Shown piece after piece: positions 47,291 to 56,106 of a stretch of 64,000 nt of DNA. Every line of letters begins with the position of its first letter. The first letter of the stretch is position 1. The stretch lies in the IMG/VR virus record IMGVR_UViG_3300031623_001144, positions 3,971 through 67,970 of that record; one strand, given 5' to 3'. A program made the translations under genes and the position numbers. The notes beneath the pieces were generated by a model. That model was not told where the DNA came from and searched no databases. It saw nothing but the letters and a program-made list of their open reading frames with translations. Source of the DNA: a virus.

Positions 47291-47402
47291 TACCTTCGTG
47301 ACACTGCCGAAGCGAGGAGACTGGAAACCTCAACTCCGATCACGGCCATTAGCCGAAGGGGTCTGTACGCTAGGCTCGCCAAGTGGCAGCTTCGGTCAGG
47401 TA
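47291..47402 (-). ncRNA. Candidate structured RNA of unknown family
   Basis: GC-rich nested stems UACCU/AGGUA, UGAC/GUCA, GCUGCC/GGCAGU, GGCGA/UCGCU enclosing hairpins CGGC/GCCG and GGAG/CUCC; G-U pairs favour the minus strand. Confidence 0.55.
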
Positions 47403-47529
47403 TTTTATTTATACGTTACATCAGAGAAATTGTCAAGTGAATCACTCCTATTTCTCTCAATCGCCGCCAAAACCTCTGGTTTGTCTTCATCAAACAACAA
47501 ATGGTACACCAGCCAACAGGCCGGAATGA

Positions 47530-48189
47530 TCAACGGCAATAACGCAATGTTTCCCAGCAACTCCATCCACATAACGTGCCTCTCCCCTTCCACCAATCGC
47601 TCCATCTTCGACACATGGAGCGTGTTTCATCTTTTTTGGTGACTACGACAAGTTTTTTACCTTGCCGCACATGATCTACAGAAACAAGACTGGCCAACTC
47701 TCCGGGAGAAATTGAATAATTTTTGGACACAAAATTTCTCCTGCCTGTGACTTCAATCGCCGCAGCGACCATTTCCGAACAGTGTATACCAGTTCCGGGA
47801 ATACTCCGCAAGTAACCCCGAATGGAATACTGACGATCTATCTGACCTTCCAAATATTCTCTCATTTTCGCTTTCTCAGACCTCGTGCAACGTCGTCTGG
47901 GGCGAACTATAGATGTCACAACCTTGCTCTTGGTGCCTTCGTTCATGCGACCAATCTCTGCAAAGTAATCAACAACTTTGTATTTCCTGATTCGAGGTGG
48001 CTCTGCATTATAAAGCCACTGCACGCCGTCCTTGTCGGACATGATGATCGCAACGTGGCTGTAAGTGGAGTCTGTGTAGCACTCCACAACATTACTGGAA
48101 TTCTCCAGAAATATGAGAGTGCCGTCCTCAAATGCTGCTTCTGCAAAAGTAGGAAAAACAAAAACCATCGAGAATAGAAATGATCGCAT
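47530..48189 (-). CDS. Secreted permuted NlpC/P60 (YiiX/YebB-like) cysteine hydrolase
   Basis: Signal peptide MRSFLFSMVFVFPTFAEA; SHVAII (His) precedes HCSEMV (Cys). Confidence 0.8.
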   Translation of the reverse strand: MRSFLFSMVFVFPTFAEAAFEDGTLIFLENSSNVVECYTDSTYSHVAIIMSDKDGVQWLYNAEPPRIRKYKVVDYFAEIGRMNEGTKSKVVTSIVRPRRRCTRSEKAKMREYLEGQIDRQYSIRGYLRSIPGTGIHCSEMVAAAIEVTGRRNFVSKNYSISPGELASLVSVDHVRQGKKLVVVTKKDETRSMCRRWSDWWKGRGTLCGWSCWETLRYCR

Positions 48190-48190
48190 G

Positions 48191-48358
48191 TCAGCATCCT
48201 TGTGTTTTGATTCGCTCCTGCTCATAAGCCAACATCTCATCAGGGAGAGCCGGAACGATCTCAACTTTACCATCTTTATTGATATGGATTCTCTTGTCGC
48301 TTCCGAATTTAGCATGGAACGCTTCGACAAGTTTCTCAGCTTCTTCAATGGCGTTCAT
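48191..48358 (-). CDS. Small hypothetical protein (55 aa)
   Basis: Below cutoff; GAGGA SD; MNAIEEAEKLVEAFHAKFG... Confidence 0.55.
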   Translation of the reverse strand: MNAIEEAEKLVEAFHAKFGSDKRIHINKDGKVEIVPALPDEMLAYEQERIKTQGC

Positions 48359-48421
48359 ATTCGTCCTCAATTTGAATGTGAGAATCCACCCATTTTACAA
48401 ATTTTGGACTAAAAATCAAGA

Positions 48422-49048
48422 TCAACTTGGTTTCTTGATCACAGCTTCAATGCTGTATTCGCCAGCAGAATGCCAATCCTTGCCTTTGTCCAAAAATCCC
48501 TCATCCAAAACTCTAAATTCAGCAAAGTCTGCATCTGGAAGAACAGACAGGATGACTTTCTTAAAACTCAAGGTGCAAGGCTGCTCCTCATCTTCTGGAA
48601 GAAAGAAGTGCTTGTGATCATTGTTCCAATTGCTGGGCAGCACACGCTTCTTCTCATACAAGTCTCTATGAGGGACACACATAATTAAGTGTCCTCCCGG
48701 CTCAACAATGTCATACCACTTTTTTACAGCCTTAGATGGGAATCTGATGTGTTCTAAGATGTGACTGGCATAAACAGTGTGAAAGGTGTTATCTGGAACT
48801 CCTTCCATCTCTTGAGCGTCCCCATCCTTAAACTTTTTATCCCATCTTCTGAATGTGTTATTCAAAGCATCTTCACCACATCCAATATCTAATCCAGAAA
48901 GGTTTGCTGGAGCATATTTCTCATGCCACCCCTCTTTTACACGTCTTTCATGTGATTTACTGGTCTCTCCCACAATTCCCCTCCTGTTATATTCGTCAAT
49001 GACATACTGCCAAGAATCCGGTGCTAATTCTTTTGAAAAGTGACCCAT
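48422..49048 (-). CDS. Class I SAM-dependent methyltransferase (type 11-like)
   Basis: GLDIGCG, SHILEH, PGG.L...VP. Confidence 0.85.
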   Translation of the reverse strand: MGHFSKELAPDSWQYVIDEYNRRGIVGETSKSHERRVKEGWHEKYAPANLSGLDIGCGEDALNNTFRRWDKKFKDGDAQEMEGVPDNTFHTVYASHILEHIRFPSKAVKKWYDIVEPGGHLIMCVPHRDLYEKKRVLPSNWNNDHKHFFLPEDEEQPCTLSFKKVILSVLPDADFAEFRVLDEGFLDKGKDWHSAGEYSIEAVIKKPS

Positions 49049-49126
49049 TCTATCTCCTTATATTTATTAAGATAGTTAACAGAACCAAAAATGTACGAAG
49101 GAACGTAAATAATAAGGAGGCTTAAA

Positions 49127-49300
49127 ATGAAAAAAGATAAAGACAATGCAATGCTTGCCGGTGTGTGTGCTGGTATAGCAAAAGAATACAAAGTAGATGC
49201 CACAATGGTCCGACTTGGTTTTGCGGTAGCGACTCTTATGGGATTTGGGCTTCCAATTGTAATCTATATCGTTATGGCCCTCGTCATGCCAAGTGAATAA
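49127..49300 (+). CDS. pspC: PspC domain membrane protein (57 aa)
   Basis: Not in ORF track; AAGGAGG SD; MKKDKDNAMLAGVCAGIAKEYKVDATMVRLGFAVATLMGFGLPIVIYIVMALVMPSE. Confidence 0.88.
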   Translation: MKKDKDNAMLAGVCAGIAKEYKVDATMVRLGFAVATLMGFGLPIVIYIVMALVMPSE

Positions 49301-49311
49301 GGAGAAAAACC

Positions 49312-50043
49312 ATGGGACTATTTCAAGAATACATGGATGCAAAAGGCAATGTTAAAAAAGCCGTTGTAGACATTTCAGGAGGAGATCCTGATCCAAAAAC
49401 ACCACCAGTGAAACCGCCTAAAGAACATGGCGGCAAACCTTACGCTGCAAGCGATGGTAAATGTTGCAAAAAAAACAGTAAAAAGGGACTCGGAGATCAA
49501 GGAGATAGTGACTTAAAATACACTCCTTCTGACGATGCAACCAGCAGTGGGCATCCGCCAGCTAAAATCCCAACAGTAGAACAAGTAGAATTGTCTACCC
49601 TCGTGGCCGAAGCCGCTACTCGTGACCAAACTCTAATCGAAAATCTTGTTCGCCAACTCAAGGCCAACGGACTTCTTGGTCCATTGGTGGCAGAAATGCT
49701 TCAACACAGAGATACTTATGCTCACATTTCAGAACTTATGGCACATGAATCTTATGGAAACAAAACTTGTAAGAATCTAGTCCGAGCCATGAAAGAAGAA
49801 GTCGCTCCACCATTTTCCGACCAACTAGAAGTTGGGGAAGAAGAGGAAGAAGAGGAAGAAGTTAACGGCGACACATTTGATGACATGGGAATCGAAGACG
49901 AAACTATGCCAATGGATGATAACTTCGATGATATGCAAGTTGACTTCGAAGACGAACAAGCTCCAGTAGACGGGCCTCTTATGCAGATGGATAAAACCCC
50001 TGCAATGAAAAACTTCCAACGAGCACTAATGAGCAGGGTGTAA
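49312..50043 (+). CDS. Acidic putative internal head protein
   Basis: MGLFQEYMD N-terminus; low-complexity acidic tail. Confidence 0.55.
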   Translation: MGLFQEYMDAKGNVKKAVVDISGGDPDPKTPPVKPPKEHGGKPYAASDGKCCKKNSKKGLGDQGDSDLKYTPSDDATSSGHPPAKIPTVEQVELSTLVAEAATRDQTLIENLVRQLKANGLLGPLVAEMLQHRDTYAHISELMAHESYGNKTCKNLVRAMKEEVAPPFSDQLEVGEEEEEEEEVNGDTFDDMGIEDETMPMDDNFDDMQVDFEDEQAPVDGPLMQMDKTPAMKNFQRALMSRV

Positions 50044-50046
50044 TCA

Positions 50047-50268
50047 ATGTCTAGTAGTGATCCCAGAGATGCCTTAAAGGATATGATAAATAGTCTCAAA
50101 GGCATCTTTGGGAGATACGACCGGCGTGCAAGAAAAGACGCTTGGTCTTCCCTCACGTCTTCAGAAGGGCAACGTGTGGTTAAAAAGATTCTTGATTCTC
50201 CGACTCGCCCAGTCACAGGAATACCCAGACTTCTCCGATTCAAAGAATGGTTTGACAAAAACAACTAA
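50047..50268 (+). CDS. Small hypothetical protein
   Basis: C-terminal LLRFKEWFD motif. Confidence 0.5.
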   Translation: MSSSDPRDALKDMINSLKGIFGRYDRRARKDAWSSLTSSEGQRVVKKILDSPTRPVTGIPRLLRFKEWFDKNN

Positions 50269-50723
50269 GGTGTATTCGGATGAGTCACCGGAGGATAAAA
50301 ACCTCTTGGGACAACAGTTTCTTCATCCACCACTTTAAGTAATTCCATCCCAGAAACCGGTGGGCCATTAGCTGTGGTAAACATCTTTAAGGCATACTGA
50401 GCCTGACTGCCTTGTACCGCCACTCTTTCTCCATGTTTTAGATTTCTACCATGGACGGAACTCAATCCCGGTATCCACATTGATCTGTTGTACTGTCTTT
50501 GTTCTGTCAGCACCACCTCATGAGGAACAGTTCGGACGTTGTAAACGGCCACATTTTTCTGATTAGTTATCGGACCAAAAACTTCATTCATTGAAGGATT
50601 AAGATCAACTTCAAAAGTGATTGTATGTTTTTGTGCAACTAACCTTGGACGTGCAATAATGCTTTGGTTCGCCACCCCGGTAGATATACTACCACCTGAA
50701 GTGATTTCATTATAAGTTGTCAA
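50265..50723 (-). CDS. Hypothetical, possibly virion protein
   Basis: GGAGGAG SD; N-terminal EITSGGSISTG resembles the GG repeat of 824..6331; TAAATA upstream. Confidence 0.55.
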   Translation of the reverse strand: MTTYNEITSGGSISTGVANQSIIARPRLVAQKHTITFEVDLNPSMNEVFGPITNQKNVAVYNVRTVPHEVVLTEQRQYNRSMWIPGLSSVHGRNLKHGERVAVQGSQAQYALKMFTTANGPPVSGMELLKVVDEETVVPRGFYPPVTHPNTP

Positions 50724-50772
50724 CTCTCCTCCTGCTTAAATTGGCTAAACTATTTACGTCTACCATGGCAAT

Positions 50773-51198
50773 TTAATGAACCTGAGAAAAACTCCGTTCC
50801 CACCTTTTTGCCCAAGCAATAATAGTTGACCTGAAGCCCGGCACCACTTTTTCAACATCTTTGTATGAGTAAAATGGCCTAGCCTCAACTAATCTCTTGG
50901 CTTTCATTGGCCCAATTCCATAAATGTCTTCAATTGTGCCTTGGCCTGCGACATTTAGAATTTTGATAGCTATGATCTCATCTTTTTCTTGAAAAGAATT
51001 GGTAGATTCCATTTCTTTCTTTTCACGAGTCAATCTTTCGACCAAAGCGTTAAGCCTGATGATCTCAAGGCCCTTTTTGCCACATGGATAACAAGAACCC
51101 ACATCTCCCTTGAGCCTGTGATAAATGCCATCAAAAACTTTCCATGCCATCCAAAAAGCGAATGTGTATCCCATGAACTGAAAAATCATATCGAGCAT
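50773..51198 (-). CDS. Membrane-anchored helix-hairpin-helix (ComEA-like) protein
   Basis: TM N-terminus; LN.A.....IYGIGPMKAKRLVEARPF. Confidence 0.7.
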   Translation of the reverse strand: MLDMIFQFMGYTFAFWMAWKVFDGIYHRLKGDVGSCYPCGKKGLEIIRLNALVERLTREKKEMESTNSFQEKDEIIAIKILNVAGQGTIEDIYGIGPMKAKRLVEARPFYSYKDVEKVVPGFRSTIIAWAKRWERSFSQVH

Positions 51199-51201
51199 GG
51201 G

Positions 51202-51564
51202 TCACTCGCTTTCTTCTCCTTGCGCATGAGATCGACTTTGATCAAATACCCCATCTGGGTAACGATCAGAAAGCTTTTTAACATTACCATCAATAACCTC
51301 TTGCAAGCTGCTCCCAATGGTTCTAGCGGCAAACGCCAGATACCACATTACATCACCCAGTTCTTTGACAGCTTCTTCTTTGTTAATTTCCTGACCATGG
51401 AAAACAACCTTCTTCACATGATCAGCGAATTCACCAGCTTCACCACACAATCCCAGTCCACCTAGCACCAATTGCATCTCTGGCGTTTCCGTAGATTGAG
51501 GAGAAGCTAATCTTAACACAAACTCTTCGTAATCGTCTAGTGTACTTGGCATCCTTGCCTCCAA
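51202..51564 (-). CDS. mazG: MazG-like nucleotide pyrophosphohydrolase
   Basis: GLCGEAGEFAD.VKK, ELGDVMWY, N..KL..RYP. Confidence 0.9.
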   Translation of the reverse strand: MEARMPSTLDDYEEFVLRLASPQSTETPEMQLVLGGLGLCGEAGEFADHVKKVVFHGQEINKEEAVKELGDVMWYLAFAARTIGSSLQEVIDGNVKKLSDRYPDGVFDQSRSHAQGEESE

Positions 51565-51579
51565 TCCAAATTTTATGTT

Positions 51580-51921
51580 TCAAAGTCTCATAACTGATCC
51601 AGCAGCAGTGACACTGCCAGCCACATCTTTACATGTGACAGAACCACCGGCCTTTACATGACCTGTGATATTTTCACATTTGACAGAGCCGCCGACTGAT
51701 ACAGCCCCTTTAATGTCGCCATGAACATGCAAAGAGGAATCTGTCTTCACTTCTTTGATGTCTCCAGACAGTTCCACTCTGACAACGCCATTAAGACGCC
51801 CATCGCCTCCGTCGTCGCCTTCCCACTCCAAGCCATTCACATACAGCTTGTTCCCCATAATGTTGATGCTAGAGCCATCTGGGACTTCTATGACTCTTCC
51901 GTTTACATGTACTGTACTCAT
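51580..51921 (-). CDS. Beta-solenoid (GxVxAGGSV repeat) protein
   Basis: GAVSVGGSVKC, GHVKAGGSVTC, GSVTAAGSV. Confidence 0.65.
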   Translation of the reverse strand: MSTVHVNGRVIEVPDGSSINIMGNKLYVNGLEWEGDDGGDGRLNGVVRVELSGDIKEVKTDSSLHVHGDIKGAVSVGGSVKCENITGHVKAGGSVTCKDVAGSVTAAGSVMRL

Positions 51922-52037
51922 TCGTCGTCTCCTCCTGACTCAAATAAGAGCCATAATATAAGAAATAAAAACCCGGTTTCTGAATCTCCATTCAGAAAAA
52001 ATATTAAAGCTAAGAAAGCAAACATCTCAAGTAACTT

Positions 52038-52258
52038 TCAAGAGTTAAAATCTTCCCAGCCAGCCTTTCCATCTTTAGATTCAGGTGGCATTTCAGTATC
52101 AATGACTCGCTTGACTTGCTTGGTCAAGCGATCAATAGCTTGTGCGATGGCCAAATTGCCTAATTGCCTAAAGCTACAATCCTAGCGGCCTCTGTCTCTG
52201 AGCCATTATATGATCTCAGCTTTTCAATATCTCTTTTAGTTACTCTTTCGTCTGTCAT
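52038..52258 (-). pseudogene. 70-aa gene frameshifted by an 8-bp tandem duplication
   Basis: ATGA overlap with dnaE-N stop; removing one ATTGCCTA copy restores MTDERV...IVALGNLAIAQAIDRLTKQVKRV...EDFNS*. Confidence 0.65.
52155..52170. repeat. 8-bp direct tandem duplication ATTGCCTA x2
   Basis: Visible directly in sequence. Confidence 0.9.
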
Positions 52259-53643
52259 AATGGCACCTCCTCATGTGCAATAGGTTCAATTGAATGTCTG
52301 ATCTTCTGCTGCTTACCACCACGAGCCGGTGACAAAAATCGAGAAAATCTTAAGTCATGAATGATCGGTTCGACATCATGAAGCCGAAGACAATAAGCAA
52401 TCAGCGATCCACACTGGCTACCTCGACCCGGCCCGACAGCTTCAGAACCATCTCCAAAACCAATGATCTTAGGCCCTTCTGATCGTGCTTCGTCTGTCAT
52501 CATCTTCTGAACAATGAAGTAAGAAGCGAAACCCTTCTCACAAATCAACTCATACTCTTCTTGAATTCTCTTAGAGTACACTGGAGTTCGTGGACAATGG
52601 CGAGCAACGAAACCTTTTTTAATCTCTTCCATAAGCACCACATCGGCATCTGGAACTTTAGGAAGCTTGATGGTTCGATCAATTTCAACACCTTTGGCTC
52701 TTTCACACAAAGCCACAGTATTTGATTTAGATTGTTTGAAAAGTTCGTAATCAATAACATCCTTGTAATCAAGCTCCCATTTAGCATTAAGTTCATCTTC
52801 TGACTTAAGCCAAAGATTTTCATCTTGAAGTTCAAACAAATCGTCAGCCTCACCAGACTCGATCAAGGCATTGATCTCTTGAATGGTACGCCGATTCTGC
52901 TGCATGAGTTGCAGCCGTTGATTGTGGCTGTGCTCTTTCTTGCAGTAGTGACAATCCTGTGTCATGATGATTGGCAGGCCATACTTTTCGTGAGCTTTAA
53001 TGAGAAATATATCGTATGGTTTCTGCATCTTCCAATCGAGCATCATCAACTCAAGATAGAAGTTCGGCGAAAACATAGCGATGTACTTTTCCAACATTTG
53101 GAACGCTGCATCTTCTCCTTCATTAAAGAGAGCGTTGGCAATCTCGCTGTTGCCACATGTGCTGGTAAAGATAATGCCCTCTTTGTATTGCATGAGGACA
53201 TCATGGTTGACTCTGGGCTTACGGTAGTATCCGTGAATCCAAGACCAAGAGGTTAAGCGAACAAGGTTTTTATATCCTTCGTTCGTATAAGCAACTGCAA
53301 GAAGATGAGATGATTTATCAAACTTGGCTTGCTCGGGGGACTTTTTATCAACCCCGTTGCCAAGACTTTTTCTGAATTCTGCTGATTGGTATCGATTCTC
53401 AACTTTTGGTTGCATCGAGTTAACATAAAGCTCACAGCCAAACATCGGGAAAAGGTTATGCTTCTCGCACTCCTTCACTTGCTGTGGCACCGCACCCATC
53501 ACACCATGATCTGTAATGCACAGAAACTTCTGATTGATTTCCTTCTGTCTCTCGGCATACTCATGGACCTTGGCAAAGCCATCCATGAGCGAGAAGTCAG
53601 AGTGTCTGTGAATATGCTCAAATCCGGTAATGGGGTGGTGCAT
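52255..53643 (-). CDS. dnaE: DNA polymerase III alpha (DnaE family), N-terminal PHP subunit
   Basis: HIHRHSDFSLMDG, ITDHG, GCELY, GY.NL, YLEL, DCHY, GPGRGS, DLRFSRFLSPAR; ends before PDID. Confidence 0.92.
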   Translation of the reverse strand: MHHPITGFEHIHRHSDFSLMDGFAKVHEYAERQKEINQKFLCITDHGVMGAVPQQVKECEKHNLFPMFGCELYVNSMQPKVENRYQSAEFRKSLGNGVDKKSPEQAKFDKSSHLLAVAYTNEGYKNLVRLTSWSWIHGYYRKPRVNHDVLMQYKEGIIFTSTCGNSEIANALFNEGEDAAFQMLEKYIAMFSPNFYLELMMLDWKMQKPYDIFLIKAHEKYGLPIIMTQDCHYCKKEHSHNQRLQLMQQNRRTIQEINALIESGEADDLFELQDENLWLKSEDELNAKWELDYKDVIDYELFKQSKSNTVALCERAKGVEIDRTIKLPKVPDADVVLMEEIKKGFVARHCPRTPVYSKRIQEEYELICEKGFASYFIVQKMMTDEARSEGPKIIGFGDGSEAVGPGRGSQCGSLIAYCLRLHDVEPIIHDLRFSRFLSPARGGKQQKIRHSIEPIAHEEVPL

Positions 53644-53658
53644 GTGACATCCTTGTCG

Positions 53659-53931
53659 TTAATCAGAACTACTTGAAACGCTGCTTCCTTGACCACCAAG
53701 ATCAAACAGCACAGCGACTATCATTAACACCAGCCATCCACCGCTAACTTGATGATCATTGTTCAACATAGCTGCCATATAAGCTATTGTGGTATATGGC
53801 ATAAACATCCATCCAAGTATCGGCCAAACCATTTCGTCATAAGCTTGACCGATCCAGTCAGTTGCTATCGCAATGACGATCAGCACAAACCTTGGCATCA
53901 TCAATGAAATTATAGCAAGTAAACATCCCAT
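53659..53931 (-). CDS. Small multi-pass membrane protein
   Basis: Three hydrophobic segments; PR..., LGW.FMPYTT.AY. Confidence 0.7.
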   Translation of the reverse strand: MGCLLAIISLMMPRFVLIVIAIATDWIGQAYDEMVWPILGWMFMPYTTIAYMAAMLNNDHQVSGGWLVLMIVAVLFDLGGQGSSVSSSSD

Positions 53932-54153
53932 TTACTTCTCCTCTTCTGAGTCCGGTTTTGCAAAGTCATTTTGCAGCGCAACGGCTTCTGCGTCAATAGC
54001 AGCTACGGCAGATTTATGACTTTCATAAATCTTCTTAAACTCTGCATTGAGTTCTTTCTTCCTCTCATGCAAAGCAGTTACTTTGCCAGAGAATTCTGCG
54101 AACTCGTCACTCAGTAAAATGTTAGCTGGAAGGTTCATCGTTCTTTCCTCCAT
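53932..54153 (-). CDS. Small coiled-coil protein
   Basis: Likely start MNLPAN after GGAGG. Confidence 0.6.
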   Translation of the reverse strand: MEERTMNLPANILLSDEFAEFSGKVTALHERKKELNAEFKKIYESHKSAVAAIDAEAVALQNDFAKPDSEEEK

Positions 54154-54887
54154 GAAAGAAATTCTCGGTTAAGTATTTCTGCATCTCTTTGATCAATCTT
54201 AAAAGATTTTTCTTTCAAAGATTCTTTAACATAACAATTGATTTTATGGAATCTCTCGTTCCCAACCTTTTGCAGCCAAACTTGTCCCTCATCATTGGAA
54301 TATGCAACAGCGTTTATGTTGCCAGTTTGATTCAATCTCTCTCTGGTCAATTTTCCTTCAGAATATGTGTAGAAGGGATTGCGAACTTCGAGTCCTTCAC
54401 AAGTATCAAATTGTGTCTGATTGATCCACTCTGATTCCAACCGAGTGATGATCTTCTTCAAGATCACAGTTCTGATGATGTAAATTTCATCATAAAGACC
54501 AGTATTGGCATTCTTCACAGCAACGTAATAAAGCTTGTTTTTTCCATTAACAATGGCAACATAATCACGTCCCAGTTTGTTAAGTCCGACATTGGATTTA
54601 TTGCTGTAGCCAACATCGCACCCAAAAAAAGGCTGTCGAAAAACTACTGGACAATCTCTTTGTCCATCTTTACCTGCCACACGCAACTTGAACTGATTAG
54701 GAATCCATAACCCACCTGATTCAAACTGGCACCAGTAATCCAGTCCTTGCTTGTCTTGTTCTGTAGTGGCTGGTTTAACATCATGAAAATGATTTCGAGC
54801 CGCAAGAATCCCAATCAAGTGATTCGTAACCCATCTCGATTCCTCATAACGTGTACGGTAACTGGAGTTCTTGTTCGCCTCTGGCAT
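54135..54887 (-). CDS. Possible PD-(D/E)XK nuclease-like protein
   Basis: ATTEQDKQGLDYW...NQFKLR pattern. Confidence 0.45.
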   Translation of the reverse strand: MPEANKNSSYRTRYEESRWVTNHLIGILAARNHFHDVKPATTEQDKQGLDYWCQFESGGLWIPNQFKLRVAGKDGQRDCPVVFRQPFFGCDVGYSNKSNVGLNKLGRDYVAIVNGKNKLYYVAVKNANTGLYDEIYIIRTVILKKIITRLESEWINQTQFDTCEGLEVRNPFYTYSEGKLTRERLNQTGNINAVAYSNDEGQVWLQKVGNERFHKINCYVKESLKEKSFKIDQRDAEILNREFLSWRKER

Positions 54888-54891
54888 CTCA

Positions 54892-55563
54892 TCATTCCTC
54901 TCTTAACGATTGAACATCTGGATAATCTTTCGATCCTAAAACTGCATCTGCAAGTCCATAAAAGACTGCTTCTTCAGCATCCAGAAACCAATCTATCTTG
55001 TCCTTAATCTTCTTATCGAAGAATCTGTACACAGACTCAACCGTTGTTGACTTTCTTTTAGCAAAGTACGGACCTTTTATAGCCCGTTCTGCAAAAATAG
55101 TCAACATCCGTTTGCAGGCCATGATGTCAAAATCTGCCGCCGTCTTTACAGCAAATGGATGTCCTTCATATCCTCCTGATCCATGGTGCATCATAAAATG
55201 ACAATCTGGCATCATGATTCTTAACTGAGGGGACTGAAGGATTATTCCGCTCATTGAAGACGCTTGTGAGTAACACAACATCGTAATGTAGGATCGGGAA
55301 AATTGTACAGAATTGAAAATAGCCATTCCGTTGTTCCAGCAACCACCATCAGAATGAAGGTGTACCAAAATAGGCTTTGGATCAACCCCTTGATCCATTA
55401 TATGCAAATTCTTTATGAACGTGGTAGCTTGTCTATACTCCACGCCCGGCTCGGATTCATCGTCTTTAACATAATAGCTGTGAAGATATATGTCACGTAA
55501 ATTAAGATTTACAGCATGAGTGTGAGCATCATAAAGAACTTGATCTTTGCTCTGTCTTGCCAT
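54892..55563 (-). CDS. clpP: ClpP family protease
   Basis: HSDGG, ASSM (catalytic Ser), FMMH (His), DWFLDAEEAVFYGLAD. Confidence 0.88.
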   Translation of the reverse strand: MARQSKDQVLYDAHTHAVNLNLRDIYLHSYYVKDDESEPGVEYRQATTFIKNLHIMDQGVDPKPILVHLHSDGGCWNNGMAIFNSVQFSRSYITMLCYSQASSMSGIILQSPQLRIMMPDCHFMMHHGSGGYEGHPFAVKTAADFDIMACKRMLTIFAERAIKGPYFAKRKSTTVESVYRFFDKKIKDKIDWFLDAEEAVFYGLADAVLGSKDYPDVQSLREE

Positions 55564-55632
55564 GTGTCCTCCAAAAATTAGAATTGTCTCTACAGTATAA
55601 TAGAAAAATCAAGTTAGAGAAATACATAAAGT

Positions 55633-56106
55633 ATGGCAAACTTCAAACAATGGATGGAAGACGAGGCAAGTTTAGGTGCTGCTAGCCCTGAAATGGCTCC
55701 TCCTATGGTTAATAAGAACACTGGTACCACTGCTTCTGACGAAGTAAAGCGTACAAACCTACAACCACAGGTCGATTCTCAAGAAATCGAAACAAAATCA
55801 AAAAAAGAACAAGATCGCATCCTTGCCATAGATTCTGACATCGAGCACATGGATATGGGTCTTCCTGATGGAGATGACGCCGATACCCCCAAGATTAACA
55901 AGTTCAAGCAGATGTGGGATGATCTTAAACAAAACTGGGATCAAATTAAAATGGCAGACGAAATCCCAGACGACGGCGAAGACGAAGGACTTGGCAACGA
56001 CGGGGGCGACGAAGAGTATCTTAAAATGATGCAACAACATCCAAACATGGTGCCTCAGACTGGACAAAACCAGCAACAACAAGGTCCGGGCACCTTCGGG
56101 AATTAA
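55633..56106 (+). CDS. Acidic putative internal head protein
   Basis: MANFKQWMEDE; TACATA at 55623-55628. Confidence 0.55.
   Translation: MANFKQWMEDEASLGAASPEMAPPMVNKNTGTTASDEVKRTNLQPQVDSQEIETKSKKEQDRILAIDSDIEHMDMGLPDGDDADTPKINKFKQMWDDLKQNWDQIKMADEIPDDGEDEGLGNDGGDEEYLKMMQQHPNMVPQTGQNQQQQGPGTFGN

Noticed and set aside
47291-47402. tRNA, SRP RNA or hammerhead identity for the structured element
   Set aside because: No TTCRA T-loop or 7-nt anticodon loop, no SRP helix-8 motif, no CUGANGA/GAAA core.
47298-47642. ORFs 47298..47642 (+) and 47405..47614 (-)
   Set aside because: They overlap the NlpC/P60 gene and the structured RNA with no motif; a short minus-strand membrane peptide cannot be excluded.
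52255-52330. Possible split-intein half at the end of dnaE-N or start of dnaE-C
   Set aside because: No block A/B sequence at the end of dnaE-N and no HN/SN-C/S/T junction before PDIDID.
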